Assembly: GCA_965140345.1 (NCBI GenBank)
Contig: OZ223202.1
Coordinates: forward strand, 50,093 to 114,092
Direction: 5' to 3'
From: Candidatus Kapaibacterium sp.
Lineage (GTDB): Bacteria > Bacteroidota > Ignavibacteria > Kapaibacteriales > UBA2268
DNA length: 64,000 bases
In this document: piece by piece, positions 39,383-49,501 of the stretch
How positions within the stretch are numbered: the first letter of the stretch is position 1
Layout: the number at the start of each line of letters is the position of its first letter
Notes under the pieces: model-generated
Databases searched by the model: none
Seen by the model: the letters and a program-made list of their open reading frames with translations, nothing else
What the model was told of the DNA's origin: nothing
Program-made: the position numbers and the translations under genes

Positions 39383-40675
39383 ATGACTTTGAATAAGTAT
39401 GTAAAGAATAGGAATGGGAAAGCTCAAATTTATTTCTCTATTATGGATTGTATGCTTTCTGACACAAAGTTGAGAACAATCATATACTCAGGCATTACTA
39501 TCACTGAAAATGAATGGGATAAGAAGCTCAAAAGAGTTAACCGCAAGAATAACAATGCTTTCTTTTTAAATAAAGACATCAGAGAAAAAGAATCTTTCTT
39601 AGAAGAATTACTATATCAAAATAGAGGTAAGCTCGGATTTACTCCTGATCAACTAAAAGAACAATTCAAAAACGAATTTTCTAAAGACTTTTTCGATAAA
39701 ACAGCGACACAATCAGAACGAAAACGCAATACACCGAACAGAAAAACAAATAAATCCGTCAAAAATGAGTTCATCAAAATGGCAGATCAATACATACAAC
39801 AATTAGCAAACAGTGGGCATTATAAAGATAGTACCCTAATATCTAAACGCAAATCTCTAAATCTATTCAAGGAAATATTTGACTATTATAAAATTGAAGT
39901 AAGTATTGACGACTTAACATTAGAGCATTGGGACAAAATACAAGACTACTGTACCAATATTAAAAAGTTAGAAAACTCAACAATAAATGGCCATCGAAAG
40001 GAAATCCGAGCTTGGATGAATCATTTTATTAAATACGAAATAACTTCAAATACTTTCCATAATAAAATTTCTAAACTTAAAGCTCCTGACAAGAAATTTG
40101 CTGTATTAACATCAGAAGAAATTGAAGATATCAAATATTTGAAAATTGATGATGAAGAAACCGAAAGATATAGAAAAATAATGCTTTTCCATCTTGCTAC
40201 CGGTCTCCGTGTGGAAGATTTACGTACACTTAGAAAGGAAAATTTCGATTTATCTAAGAAAATAATACACTTATATCTTGAAAAAAATAACAGCCATGTT
40301 ACTATTCCACTCCCCGATTACATAGTTGACTATTGTAAAAGTGGAGACATTCAATTTAGAAGATTTCCTGCACAGACATATAATATTATGATAAAAAAGA
40401 TTTGTAAGATGGCAGGAATTGAATCAAAGTTTGAGCACGTGAAATATATAGGAGCTAAAAAGATACGAACATATCCTCCTAAATACGAAGAATTATCTTC
40501 CCACTCTCTACGACGTACGATGATTACACAAAATCTTCTTAAGGGAGTACCCGCAGAGCTTTTAATGAAGATTACAGGTCATACGGATATGAAGTCGTTC
40601 AAGAAATATCTTCAATTCACTGAAACGGATGCTTTAAAAGCTTTAAAAGCAACTTTTGAAAAATTGGATATATAA
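39383..40675 (+). CDS. Tyrosine recombinase / integrase (Bacteroidetes arm-binding type)
   Basis: TGLRVED (R), K, SHSLRRT (HxxR), TGH, Y catalytic residues; N-terminal arm-type domain; GAGGT RBS before ATG 39383. Confidence 0.95.
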   Translation: MTLNKYVKNRNGKAQIYFSIMDCMLSDTKLRTIIYSGITITENEWDKKLKRVNRKNNNAFFLNKDIREKESFLEELLYQNRGKLGFTPDQLKEQFKNEFSKDFFDKTATQSERKRNTPNRKTNKSVKNEFIKMADQYIQQLANSGHYKDSTLISKRKSLNLFKEIFDYYKIEVSIDDLTLEHWDKIQDYCTNIKKLENSTINGHRKEIRAWMNHFIKYEITSNTFHNKISKLKAPDKKFAVLTSEEIEDIKYLKIDDEETERYRKIMLFHLATGLRVEDLRTLRKENFDLSKKIIHLYLEKNNSHVTIPLPDYIVDYCKSGDIQFRRFPAQTYNIMIKKICKMAGIESKFEHVKYIGAKKIRTYPPKYEELSSHSLRRTMITQNLLKGVPAELLMKITGHTDMKSFKKYLQFTETDALKALKATFEKLDI

Positions 40676-40706
40676 AATGATGTTAAACGAATTTAGAGTT
40701 AGGAAA

Positions 40707-41021
40707 ATGACCAATGGAACAAGTGCAGAATTATTTACACGGCTAATATACAATCTAATTGATGAAAGGATTGAATCCAAAATTAAAGAGTTTTTTGATA
40801 GTAAAGAGAGTGCAAAAATTTCAGAGATGAAAAGATTTTGCAGTACAGCAGAGTTGGCTGATATTTTAGGCGTTAAACCTGATACCATTAGGAATAGAAC
40901 CCAAAAAGGTAAATATACTCCAATAATAGAAGGGAATAAAAACCTATATGATCTTGAAAAGATTCGGGAGCTTCATCCTGATTTAGTAGAGAGCTATCTG
41001 AAACGTACCTTACTTAGTTAA
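40707..41021 (+). CDS. Excisionase-like HTH protein
   Basis: STAELADILGVKPDTIRNR HTH immediately after the integrase; start uncertain (40677-40707). Confidence 0.75.
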   Translation: MTNGTSAELFTRLIYNLIDERIESKIKEFFDSKESAKISEMKRFCSTAELADILGVKPDTIRNRTQKGKYTPIIEGNKNLYDLEKIRELHPDLVESYLKRTLLS

Positions 41022-41027
41022 TTTGCT

Positions 41028-41058
41028 AAAGCACTTCATACTTGGAGTGCTTTTTTTT
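41028..41058 (+). terminator. Rho-independent terminator after int-xis
   Basis: AAAGCACTTCA / TGGAGTGCTTT stem followed by a T run. Confidence 0.8.
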
Positions 41059-41169
41059 GACAATTTTTATATAATGTTTTGAAATAAACTGCGACATAAT
41101 GTGACCTATTAAAACATATCTTAGTATAATAGATAATTCTTGTATCATTTTCGTATGCTCAGGAGTCGT

Positions 41170-42120
41170 ATGGAAAATCAAATAAATTTGTCGCAAATCA
41201 AGTCTGCTTTATTTGGAGTTGCTGTTGGAGATGCATTAGGTGTACCGGTTGAGTTTAAAAGCCGAAGTATATTAAAAAATAATCCTGTTCACGAGATGCT
41301 TGGATATGGTACACATAATCAACCCAAAGGTAGCTTTTCAGATGATACATCACTTACTTTATGTCTTGCAGAAGCTCTGACTAAAGATTTTGATCTTGAA
41401 GAAATAGCTCATTATTTTCTCAGATGGTATCACGAAGGCTTTTGGACAGCTAACGGAAATGTATTCGATATTGGTAATGCTACTCTCGATGCCCTTTTCA
41501 GAATAAAGCAAGGACAACCTGCCTATAAAACTGGTGGAAGAGATGAAATGTCAAATGGGAATGGTTCCCTGATGCGAATTTTGCCTTTGGTGTTTTATAT
41601 CAATACTAAATCAATCGACGAAAAGTTTGATATTTGCAGAAAAGTTTCGTCTATAACGCATGGACATATACGTTCTGTTCTTGCTTGTTTTTATTATCTT
41701 GAATTTGCCAAAATAGCTTTGACAGGTATGGACAAACTTGATATTTATCATCTGCTTAAAAAGACAATACCAAGCTATCTATCAACTAAATCAATTAGTA
41801 AGACAGAAATCTCAAACTTTAACAGACTTCTGAAAGAAGATATTTATATGCTTGAATCTGAGGACATTCAAAGTAGTGGTTATGTCTTACATACTCTTGA
41901 AGCAAGTATATGGTGCATACTAAGAACTTCTAACTTTAAAGAGGCTGTTTTAACAGCTGTAAATCTGGGAGAAGATACAGACACAACCGGAGCTGTAACT
42001 GGTGGTTTAGCAGCTCTTTTATATGGTTTTGATAGTATCCCAATTGAATGGATTGAAGTGATTGCAAGAAAATCAGATATTGAAAATTTAGCTGAACGAT
42101 TGTATGCTAAGTTAATGTAA
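41170..42120 (+). CDS. ADP-ribosylglycohydrolase (DraG/ARH family)
   Basis: AVGDALG, SDDT, NGNGSLMR, GEDTDTTGAVTG motifs; AGGAG RBS. Confidence 0.95.
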   Translation: MENQINLSQIKSALFGVAVGDALGVPVEFKSRSILKNNPVHEMLGYGTHNQPKGSFSDDTSLTLCLAEALTKDFDLEEIAHYFLRWYHEGFWTANGNVFDIGNATLDALFRIKQGQPAYKTGGRDEMSNGNGSLMRILPLVFYINTKSIDEKFDICRKVSSITHGHIRSVLACFYYLEFAKIALTGMDKLDIYHLLKKTIPSYLSTKSISKTEISNFNRLLKEDIYMLESEDIQSSGYVLHTLEASIWCILRTSNFKEAVLTAVNLGEDTDTTGAVTGGLAALLYGFDSIPIEWIEVIARKSDIENLAERLYAKLM

Positions 42121-42166
42121 AAGTCTTTAACTTAATATTGTCAATTTAAAAATAATAGGTGATTCG

Positions 42167-42490
42167 ATGGGACGTGGATTTCAAGCAACATACCCTACTT
42201 GCGGTAAAATATTCAACGCCATGAAGGGTTTCGGACTTAAGTGAGTTATTAAGCACTGCAATTAATGTGGTATAGAAAAATTTGTGGAACTTGAGAAAGT
42301 TAAAAATTTCTTTCCAGATACTCTGCTAGATGATCTTAAAGCAACAGATTTGGACAAAGTATTTTTGCTATGTCAATGTGGTGGATCTTTCCCCACCCTT
42401 GCCATAGCCTAAATGTGGTGAAACCGGTAATAAATCTCACTTTACACAAGGTCAAGCACCATTTGAAGTTATGAAAATACTTTCGGATTG
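42167..42490 (+). pseudogene. Decayed Zn-ribbon (multi-Cys) protein gene
   Basis: AGGTG RBS, MGRGFQATYPTCGKIF..., in-frame stops (LK*VIKHCN*CG), later CQCGG. Confidence 0.55.
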
Positions 42491-42572
42491 ATGTTTCTTA
42501 AAAAAGACATTAGTAAATCAGCTTTTTCTGTTTTAGTGATTGTGTAGGATCTTTATCACGACATCTCATGCT

Positions 42573-42665
42573 CTAAAACGGTTTTATACAATTTGCGTAT
42601 AGGGATATATAGAACAGCAGAGTATTGAACTATAATACATTGGGTGGAGTGTCTATACTAAAAGT
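42573..42665 (+). repeat. Diverged ~95-bp direct repeat, copy 1 (partner 63244-63345)
   Basis: Shared blocks CTAAAACGGTTT, GCGTATA, TATATAGAAYAGCAG, GTATTG, TATAATACATTGGG, GTGT, TATACT. Confidence 0.8.
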
Positions 42666-42739
42666 AGTATATTTATTGTATTTATAGCATATCAATTTAA
42701 AACTATGACTGCTTCCTAAAGGTCAATCGGAAAAATATT

Positions 42740-42836
42740 TTAGCTTTCAAATTCTAATTTTTCTGCTTCTGTAAAATTATAACATAAATAAACTGCAGAT
42801 TTCAATTTCTTGTAGATGGATTGCAAAAGCAAATCA
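42740..42836 (-). pseudogene. 3' part of the gene interrupted by IS256
   Basis: Removing the IS joins ...SEHDL to LLQSIYKKLKSAVYLCYNFTEAEKLEFES* in frame. Confidence 0.75.
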
Positions 42837-44354
42837 GGCAGTGTAAAATAAACTCTGTCTGTTCTATTTCTATAGAAGAAAATTCTAGGATGTGATTGTT
42901 AAAGATACAAATTTTTTAAATCACATCCTTATTTTTTACATTCCTTATAGGCGCATTTTGCCCCACACTTCGGCAATTGCTCTTTTTTGAAGATATTCCT
43001 CGATTTTAGGCATAGACAAACAGTCCAAATTTTTAGCTAACGGAGTTTTGCGAAAAATTTGGGCGTGTAGTCGCGCCAATTTAAATATCTAAGTGTAGCC
43101 TATCAGAGCCGAAGTGTATGGCCAGTTGCTGAATAATCAAACCCCAGTTCTGCATTGGCTGTGTCCATTTTTTACTAATTTCCTGAGTTACCAAATAAGC
43201 TAACTTCATCAGTGCCATTTCACTTGTAAATGCTCCTTTAGTTTTTGTCACCTTGCGAACCTGCCTGTGGTAGCCTTCTACAGTATTGGTTGTGTATATA
43301 ATTTTTCTTATATAAGGGGAATATTGGAAATATGTAGATAATTTTTCCCAGTTATTTTGCCATGATTTTATCACTATGGGATATTTATTACCCCATTTTG
43401 TTGCAAGGTTCTCTAATTCCATTTCTGCGACTGCCTTGGTTTCAGCCTTATAGACGAGCTTTAAATCACTCATAAAGGATTTTTGTTCTTTACTTGCTAC
43501 ATATTTTATTGAGTTACGTATTTGATGAATAATGCACGTTTGCACTTCACATGCAGGGTAAACACTGTTGATTGCTTCTGCAAATCCTTTAAGATTATCT
43601 ATGGCTGCTATTAAAATGTCCTCAACTCCTCGGTTTTGAAGCTCAGTTAATACCGATAACCAAAAATTTGCTCCTTCACTTTCGGAAAAATATAAACCTA
43701 AGATTTCCTTACGACCTGTCTTATTTATACCCAAAACGGTATATATAGCTTTACTTTGAATCCTACCGTTATCTTTCACTTTGAAATGCATTGCGTCCAT
43801 AAATACTATTGGATATACCGGATCTAACGGGCGATTTTGCCATTGCTGAATATCCGGTATTACTTTATCGGTAATTTGAGATAAGGTAGCTGCTGACACA
43901 TTCATGCCATACATTTCTTCGATATACTCTGATATATCGCGTAAACTTAGTCCTTTGCCATATAAAGCAAGTATTTTGTTACTGAGGCTGTCTAAAAGCA
44001 CTCTTTCACGCTTTTTGACTATCTGTGGCTCGAAAGTTGAATTGCGATCTTGCGGAGTTTTTATCTCTACAGGGCCATGATTTGTTTTAAGCGTTTTTTT
44101 ACCTTTCCCATTACGCTTATTCTTTTTTTGAGGTTGATCCTCTGAAAGATGCTCACTCATTTCTGCTTCGAGTGCGGCTTCTAAGAATTGCTGCAGTAAA
44201 GGGGCAAATGCACCATCTTTGCCTAATAGTGATTTGCCCTCTTTAAATTGCTTAATCGCTTTGTCTTGAATCGATTTGTAATCTTGTTCGTTCATTGCTC
44301 TGTCCTTTTATTTATTATTATAACTCTAATGGACAGAGTTTAGTTTACAGTCTC
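42837..44354 (-). mobile_element. IS256-family insertion sequence
   Basis: Terminal IRs GGCAGTGTAAAATAAACTCTGTC / GAGACTGTAAACTAAACTCTGTC; 8-bp TSD GCAAATCA at 42829-42836 and 44355-44362. Confidence 0.95.
43081..44295 (-). CDS. IS256 family transposase
   Basis: RNG, P.DR..TFEP, VFMDA, IDNLKG, QTCIIHQIRN, TTNTVEG DDE motifs. Confidence 0.97.
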   Translation of the reverse strand: MNEQDYKSIQDKAIKQFKEGKSLLGKDGAFAPLLQQFLEAALEAEMSEHLSEDQPQKKNKRNGKGKKTLKTNHGPVEIKTPQDRNSTFEPQIVKKRERVLLDSLSNKILALYGKGLSLRDISEYIEEMYGMNVSAATLSQITDKVIPDIQQWQNRPLDPVYPIVFMDAMHFKVKDNGRIQSKAIYTVLGINKTGRKEILGLYFSESEGANFWLSVLTELQNRGVEDILIAAIDNLKGFAEAINSVYPACEVQTCIIHQIRNSIKYVASKEQKSFMSDLKLVYKAETKAVAEMELENLATKWGNKYPIVIKSWQNNWEKLSTYFQYSPYIRKIIYTTNTVEGYHRQVRKVTKTKGAFTSEMALMKLAYLVTQEISKKWTQPMQNWGLIIQQLAIHFGSDRLHLDI

Positions 44355-44859
44355 GCAAATCATGTTCTGAAAAATTACTATTGATTTTTCTATATTTATA
44401 TTGACGGGATTCTTTTTTTCTTTGGAGCAAGGTACAATACTTTAATACATCTGTATCTTGATTGTTTCTTACTAAAGAATACCAACTACTCAAATGATTC
44501 CAAGCAGGTGGTAAATTACTATGATTATTCAAAGGATCTACACTTGATAATAAACGTCTTAGGATTACTCTGTACAGATCTGGATGAATATATTCAGGAA
44601 GTAAATATGTCCAATCATGCTTTTTAGTAAATAGAAGGCATTCATCTAAATCATCGAACATAATTTCTTTTTGAATCCATTCCTCTTCATCATCTTTATT
44701 GATAGTTATTCCATTAGAAATTTTAAGGTACTTTTTTTGTTTGATCGGCTCAAGACTCCTATATACCTCTATGCCTCCACCCTCTGCTCCATAGGCAAGA
44801 AATATTTCCCAACCAACTTTGGACGAAAACTTATGGGTAGAGCTAACATCACTTTCCAT
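44355..44859 (-). pseudogene. Hypothetical gene, 5' part, interrupted by IS256
   Basis: AGGAG RBS; the track ORF 44326-44859 reads into the IS terminal repeat. Confidence 0.7.
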
Positions 44860-45048
44860 TTTGATCTCCTAATAAAAACGAGAAACGATTGTTCAACTAT
44901 TTATTGGAACAATTCAGAGAATCACAATTGTAACAATCAACAAATAAGCATAATCACAATTTACTGAAACAACCTACGAAGAGACAGCTGCTCGTTGTTT
45001 TAGGTTGTGAGTCAGGGGAAGATATCTGCACTATAAAATAGGAAGTTT

Positions 45049-45519
45049 TTATTTTACAGTTTCGTCAAATCCCTTAAAACCACTGTCATGTGAAGATAAA
45101 AGAGTATAAATCAAATCGTCCTTACTGCCAAACATGAGCTGAATATATTTAAGAATTTTATCTTCTGTTGTCTTCTCTTTGTCTAATAGCACAACTATTT
45201 TTCCATATGTCTCTTCACGGTATTCATTGGCTCGTTCTTTTAAATCAATTTTGTACAAACTAACAGTTGCGTCAGGATTAACTATTACAGTAGTGAAGCT
45301 TGAGCAAGATAAATCCTCTAATATATGGAAATATTTAAGTTTCTCATCTTCAAATTGCCAAAAATAAGAAATGAATGACATCATACCATCATAATACATT
45401 GCATTCCTAATAGCTTCACGAACCTGAGTTTCACACCATTCATAATGCTCAACGAAAGCATCAAAATCATGTTCGTACGCTTTACGCAACTGTTCAATAT
45501 TTTTGATTTTTTGGGGCAT
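45049..45519 (-). CDS. Hypothetical cytoplasmic protein
   Basis: 156-aa ORF 24 bp downstream of the envelope operon, same strand. Confidence 0.65.
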   Translation of the reverse strand: MPQKIKNIEQLRKAYEHDFDAFVEHYEWCETQVREAIRNAMYYDGMMSFISYFWQFEDEKLKYFHILEDLSCSSFTTVIVNPDATVSLYKIDLKERANEYREETYGKIVVLLDKEKTTEDKILKYIQLMFGSKDDLIYTLLSSHDSGFKGFDETVK

Positions 45520-45543
45520 GTATTAAATATTACAACTATAGCA

Positions 45544-47280
45544 TTATTTAGTAGTATAGAATTGAATTTTAAAAAAGTTTTCTAACAATTCATTAGATTC
45601 AAGTATTAATTGGCATTTAGTTTTAGGCAACTCCAGTTGATCTATAACTAATTCATATTTATCTTTGGTTTCAGTTTTAATTTCTATAATACTATTTTGT
45701 TGAATATTAGCTAGAATATTTTTTAAAGATATTTTAGAATTCTCTAATGAAGCTAAGTCACCTTCTATAGTATAAATGTGTTTATTTGTATTCTCAATAG
45801 CAATAGGAATATTTACAGAACATATTTGTTTATTACCATTAGAATACTCTATAACTACTTCACATTTTAAACCATTAGTATTATTCAAATAAAAGTGATC
45901 AAAATCAACAAAAGAGATTTTCATTTGCTTAGTATCTGTGAAATTTTCTTCGTACAATGTATTGTAGGTTGTTCCATTTATATTATCTAAAGGGGATTGA
46001 ATTTTGACAAAGCAGTTTTTAATTTGTAAAGTATCTTGAATAGTTAACACAATTGAGTTGTCAGTAATTTTATAAATATCATAGATTCTATCTACTACAT
46101 AATCGCAATTTTTAGCAGACAATATTATTTCCTTTAAATTATTATTGGTTTGAAGTATAGGTTTATGCCCGTAGTTCTTATAAATATGATTGGATATTTT
46201 ATAGATTTTCTCAGTTATCGATGCAATATTGGGATACATTATCCTCAAGCTTTCTTCATCGCTCTTTTCTTGCATGATAAAATATAATAAATCATCTTTT
46301 ACATCCAAATACTCTAAGACATATCCTTGCTTAAACTTACTTGGCACATGAATAATCTCTTTTAGATCGGTGGGTTCAATTCTATTGTTTAAAGAAAAAT
46401 ATTTGTTTTGATGGTAGCTTTGGAGATGCAATATTGAATCTTCTAATGTACCTAGCATTTTATATTTCAGGTGTGGTAATTTTATTTTATAAGGTATTAC
46501 ACCACCTCCACCTCCACTTCCTATTACTCCTCTGTTGGTGTCTATTTTATTCAAAGCAAGCTCAATACTAAATGACACTCCGGAAACACTCCCTTCAATA
46601 TCTTCAAAATTTAGAATATTACTAATATTTGTTGAAGCTTTAAGAACAAACCTCAAATCTATATTATTTGAAAAAGGCAATTTATATGCTACACCTAACT
46701 CTGCAATAGCAAAGTTATGGAATTTGTCACCGAAACTTACTTCATTAGGAATATCCGGAATAAAATTTTGGTTTTGAATCTCTGATTTCACAAGATAATC
46801 TGTTGATAAATTTAGTTTATATCCAAAGTCAAATAACATTGATAAATTAGGGTAGAATAATTCGAATTCCCCCCCCAACGACAAGCCAAGATCATACATC
46901 ACTAAGTTTGTTTTATTCCACATCTCTATATCTTCCAATTCTCCATTATATGCATAACCAATAAAATCAAAGGTTTCCTTCTGTGCACTGAAATTGGAAT
47001 ACGAAATAGATGCTTTCAATTTTGGATTGTTTAGAAAGCTAAAAATATCACGTAGGGGATGTAAATAATCTATATATAATCCAAACTCTTTAGCAGTTAA
47101 AGAATTATCAGATGAATTATTTATGTGATTGTAAGTATTCGGTGCAAGACCTGAACTAAACAAACTATAACCATAAGTTAGCCCACCACCAAAAGAATAA
47201 GATACAGTATCACTATTTTCAGTAGCTATTGAATATCCAAAATTTAAACAAAAGACGAGCAGAAAGATAATATTTCTCAT
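45544..47280 (-). CDS. Outer-membrane beta-barrel protein with degenerate OmpA-type C-terminal region
   Basis: Signal peptide, ~220 aa of amphipathic strands, Gly-rich linker, then region resembling the C-half of 49502-51820. Confidence 0.6.
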   Translation of the reverse strand: MRNIIFLLVFCLNFGYSIATENSDTVSYSFGGGLTYGYSLFSSGLAPNTYNHINNSSDNSLTAKEFGLYIDYLHPLRDIFSFLNNPKLKASISYSNFSAQKETFDFIGYAYNGELEDIEMWNKTNLVMYDLGLSLGGEFELFYPNLSMLFDFGYKLNLSTDYLVKSEIQNQNFIPDIPNEVSFGDKFHNFAIAELGVAYKLPFSNNIDLRFVLKASTNISNILNFEDIEGSVSGVSFSIELALNKIDTNRGVIGSGGGGGVIPYKIKLPHLKYKMLGTLEDSILHLQSYHQNKYFSLNNRIEPTDLKEIIHVPSKFKQGYVLEYLDVKDDLLYFIMQEKSDEESLRIMYPNIASITEKIYKISNHIYKNYGHKPILQTNNNLKEIILSAKNCDYVVDRIYDIYKITDNSIVLTIQDTLQIKNCFVKIQSPLDNINGTTYNTLYEENFTDTKQMKISFVDFDHFYLNNTNGLKCEVVIEYSNGNKQICSVNIPIAIENTNKHIYTIEGDLASLENSKISLKNILANIQQNSIIEIKTETKDKYELVIDQLELPKTKCQLILESNELLENFFKIQFYTTK

Positions 47281-47290
47281 TCTCTTCTCC

Positions 47291-49486
47291 TTATCTGACT
47301 ACAAAGTGGGAATTAAAATTTCTATTTCCTGAAGTAACATGCAAATAGTAAACACCAGGTATGAGATTGAAATCAACCATTGGTAAAACTTCTGTTCCGG
47401 TTGATTGGAGATCGTTCAATTCAACCATTACTTGCCCCAGTTGGTTTATAATTCTTAAGCTTGTAATTTTCTCTATTTGCTCGTCAAGTTGAATATTAAT
47501 ATAATTTGAAGCAGGATTTGGAGAAATCGTAATATTATCTGTACTCTTTATAGATAGATTGAATGGTTGAATTGTATTGACTTCAACAGAATCAGTTTTT
47601 AAGAACGAAATATTATCAATAAATGCTCTTGAATACAATGTAACGTAGGAAATAGAGTCATCGTCAAGTAAAACGATAAATCCAATTTGATCTTTATCTT
47701 CGACATTAGATAATAAGCCGTACTGTGGTAAATTATTTTCTCGGTATTCTTCAAAATCATGTGTAAAACAGTACAAATCGCGAATATTATATGTAACTTG
47801 GTTAAATATTTCACCATTACAATCTATTTCTGATTCGATATCTACATAAATTGTGTCATTTATATAGTATTTGGTTTTCACATTTTTCAACGTTACCATA
47901 CACTGATATTCAAATGTAGAAGGTACTAGTGATATTTGTGAAGTTTCTTCAAAATAGGATTCAATTACTTCCTTTGTATAGAAATCTTTATGTTGACATT
48001 CAAATGTAAATTCATCTAATAGATACGGCAAACTGAATTGACATAGACCTTCTGCATCTGTAAAAGAAGTTGGACTTGGTTGCAGATAATCATTTATAAG
48101 TTTGATTTCTACATTTTCTATATCCATAGAATCACAATAGCTCATTGTGTGTACTTTGTAAATGTATTTTTTACTTGAATCTTCACTCATACAATAAGTT
48201 AAATTTGAAAGATTTTCAAATACAGAAATAGTTGTATCCAAATCTACATACCCATCTGACTCTAATAGTATATTATAATTTCCTTTAACAATACCTTCAA
48301 ACTCAAACTGCCCTTTTGGATTTGAAAAATTATCACTGTATTGTTTCGTAGGTATTTTCAAATTAGTAAGAGTAATTTTAAAATCTTCAATGATATTCCC
48401 ATTTTTACATACAGATAGATAACCAGAAATATCAGCTTCTTCAACTGTTTCTTGCTTAATTTGGAGACAATATACACCATCATCTGTAGCCAAATAGAGC
48501 CTATTATTTAAGGAATCCAATACGGAGTCATTTATTTGTTTTGGAACTATTACTGAATCATACTGATGAAATGATAGACTAGAACTATCAAAGATGTATA
48601 TATCACCTTCACTGTTAAACACAAAGATTTCATTATTGAATTTCTTAACGTGGGTCAAACTTGAATGGTTAGCATCAATTTCTAATTCTGTCCAAAAATA
48701 TTTATCCCCAGTAATTTGATACTCTCCTCTAAAAACAATTGGAGTTTTTGAATCATTATCCATACCTACTACAAATACATATTTTCCAACACTTTCTAAT
48801 GAGACCACTGTATAATCGACAGATAACAATCCACTCCATACGCCATCTAAATAGTTTAGGACAGATCCATCTTCTGAATTTCCATCTATATCAGGATATG
48901 GCTTTGCAGAAAATAGAATCTTATCCTGATGATCAAGAATATCAAAAAAATCGTAGTATGTTATAGGATAATCAGAACCATCTCTAATCATATTAGGATT
49001 AGAAAAATCATATTCCATACTATAAATATATCCACCTTCCCAATCGCTTGTGCCATACATGGTTATAAACAACAAATCATTATATGACATTATATCTTTT
49101 AGGAATACATAACTTTCTGAACCAAATTCTTCTTCAAATGAAGCAAGTTTTTTGAAGTTACTTTTTAATCTCCACAACGTAGAATATTCATAATATGTTG
49201 GCCACATTCCAAGATTAACACTACCGACCAATAGCTGATTCTTGATACATCGGACCATCGTAACTTTATTATCTTGAAACTCTCTTAAACTCCAAGTTAA
49301 GGTTTCAGATAACGATGAAGCGTAAAGCCCCTGTTCAGTACCTGCAACTAAGTTATTATCAATAATATCTATCGAGTATATCTTTTTATGTAAACCAGAA
49401 CCACTCTCATTTCTAACAAGCTCATATTCGAAACTAAAGCTTTCATTACATATTATAAATAAGAAAAATGCTATAAAATATCGCAT
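47291..49486 (-). CDS. T9SS-secreted protein: beta-propeller + carboxypeptidase-regulatory-like domains + CTD
   Basis: AGTEQGLY / LATDDGVY propeller motifs; NPKGQFEF and TDAEG domains; ISPNPASNYINI...PGVYYL CTD. Confidence 0.8.
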   Translation of the reverse strand: MRYFIAFFLFIICNESFSFEYELVRNESGSGLHKKIYSIDIIDNNLVAGTEQGLYASSLSETLTWSLREFQDNKVTMVRCIKNQLLVGSVNLGMWPTYYEYSTLWRLKSNFKKLASFEEEFGSESYVFLKDIMSYNDLLFITMYGTSDWEGGYIYSMEYDFSNPNMIRDGSDYPITYYDFFDILDHQDKILFSAKPYPDIDGNSEDGSVLNYLDGVWSGLLSVDYTVVSLESVGKYVFVVGMDNDSKTPIVFRGEYQITGDKYFWTELEIDANHSSLTHVKKFNNEIFVFNSEGDIYIFDSSSLSFHQYDSVIVPKQINDSVLDSLNNRLYLATDDGVYCLQIKQETVEEADISGYLSVCKNGNIIEDFKITLTNLKIPTKQYSDNFSNPKGQFEFEGIVKGNYNILLESDGYVDLDTTISVFENLSNLTYCMSEDSSKKYIYKVHTMSYCDSMDIENVEIKLINDYLQPSPTSFTDAEGLCQFSLPYLLDEFTFECQHKDFYTKEVIESYFEETSQISLVPSTFEYQCMVTLKNVKTKYYINDTIYVDIESEIDCNGEIFNQVTYNIRDLYCFTHDFEEYRENNLPQYGLLSNVEDKDQIGFIVLLDDDSISYVTLYSRAFIDNISFLKTDSVEVNTIQPFNLSIKSTDNITISPNPASNYINIQLDEQIEKITSLRIINQLGQVMVELNDLQSTGTEVLPMVDFNLIPGVYYLHVTSGNRNFNSHFVVR

Positions 49487-49501
49487 CTGATTTACTTCCT
49501 T

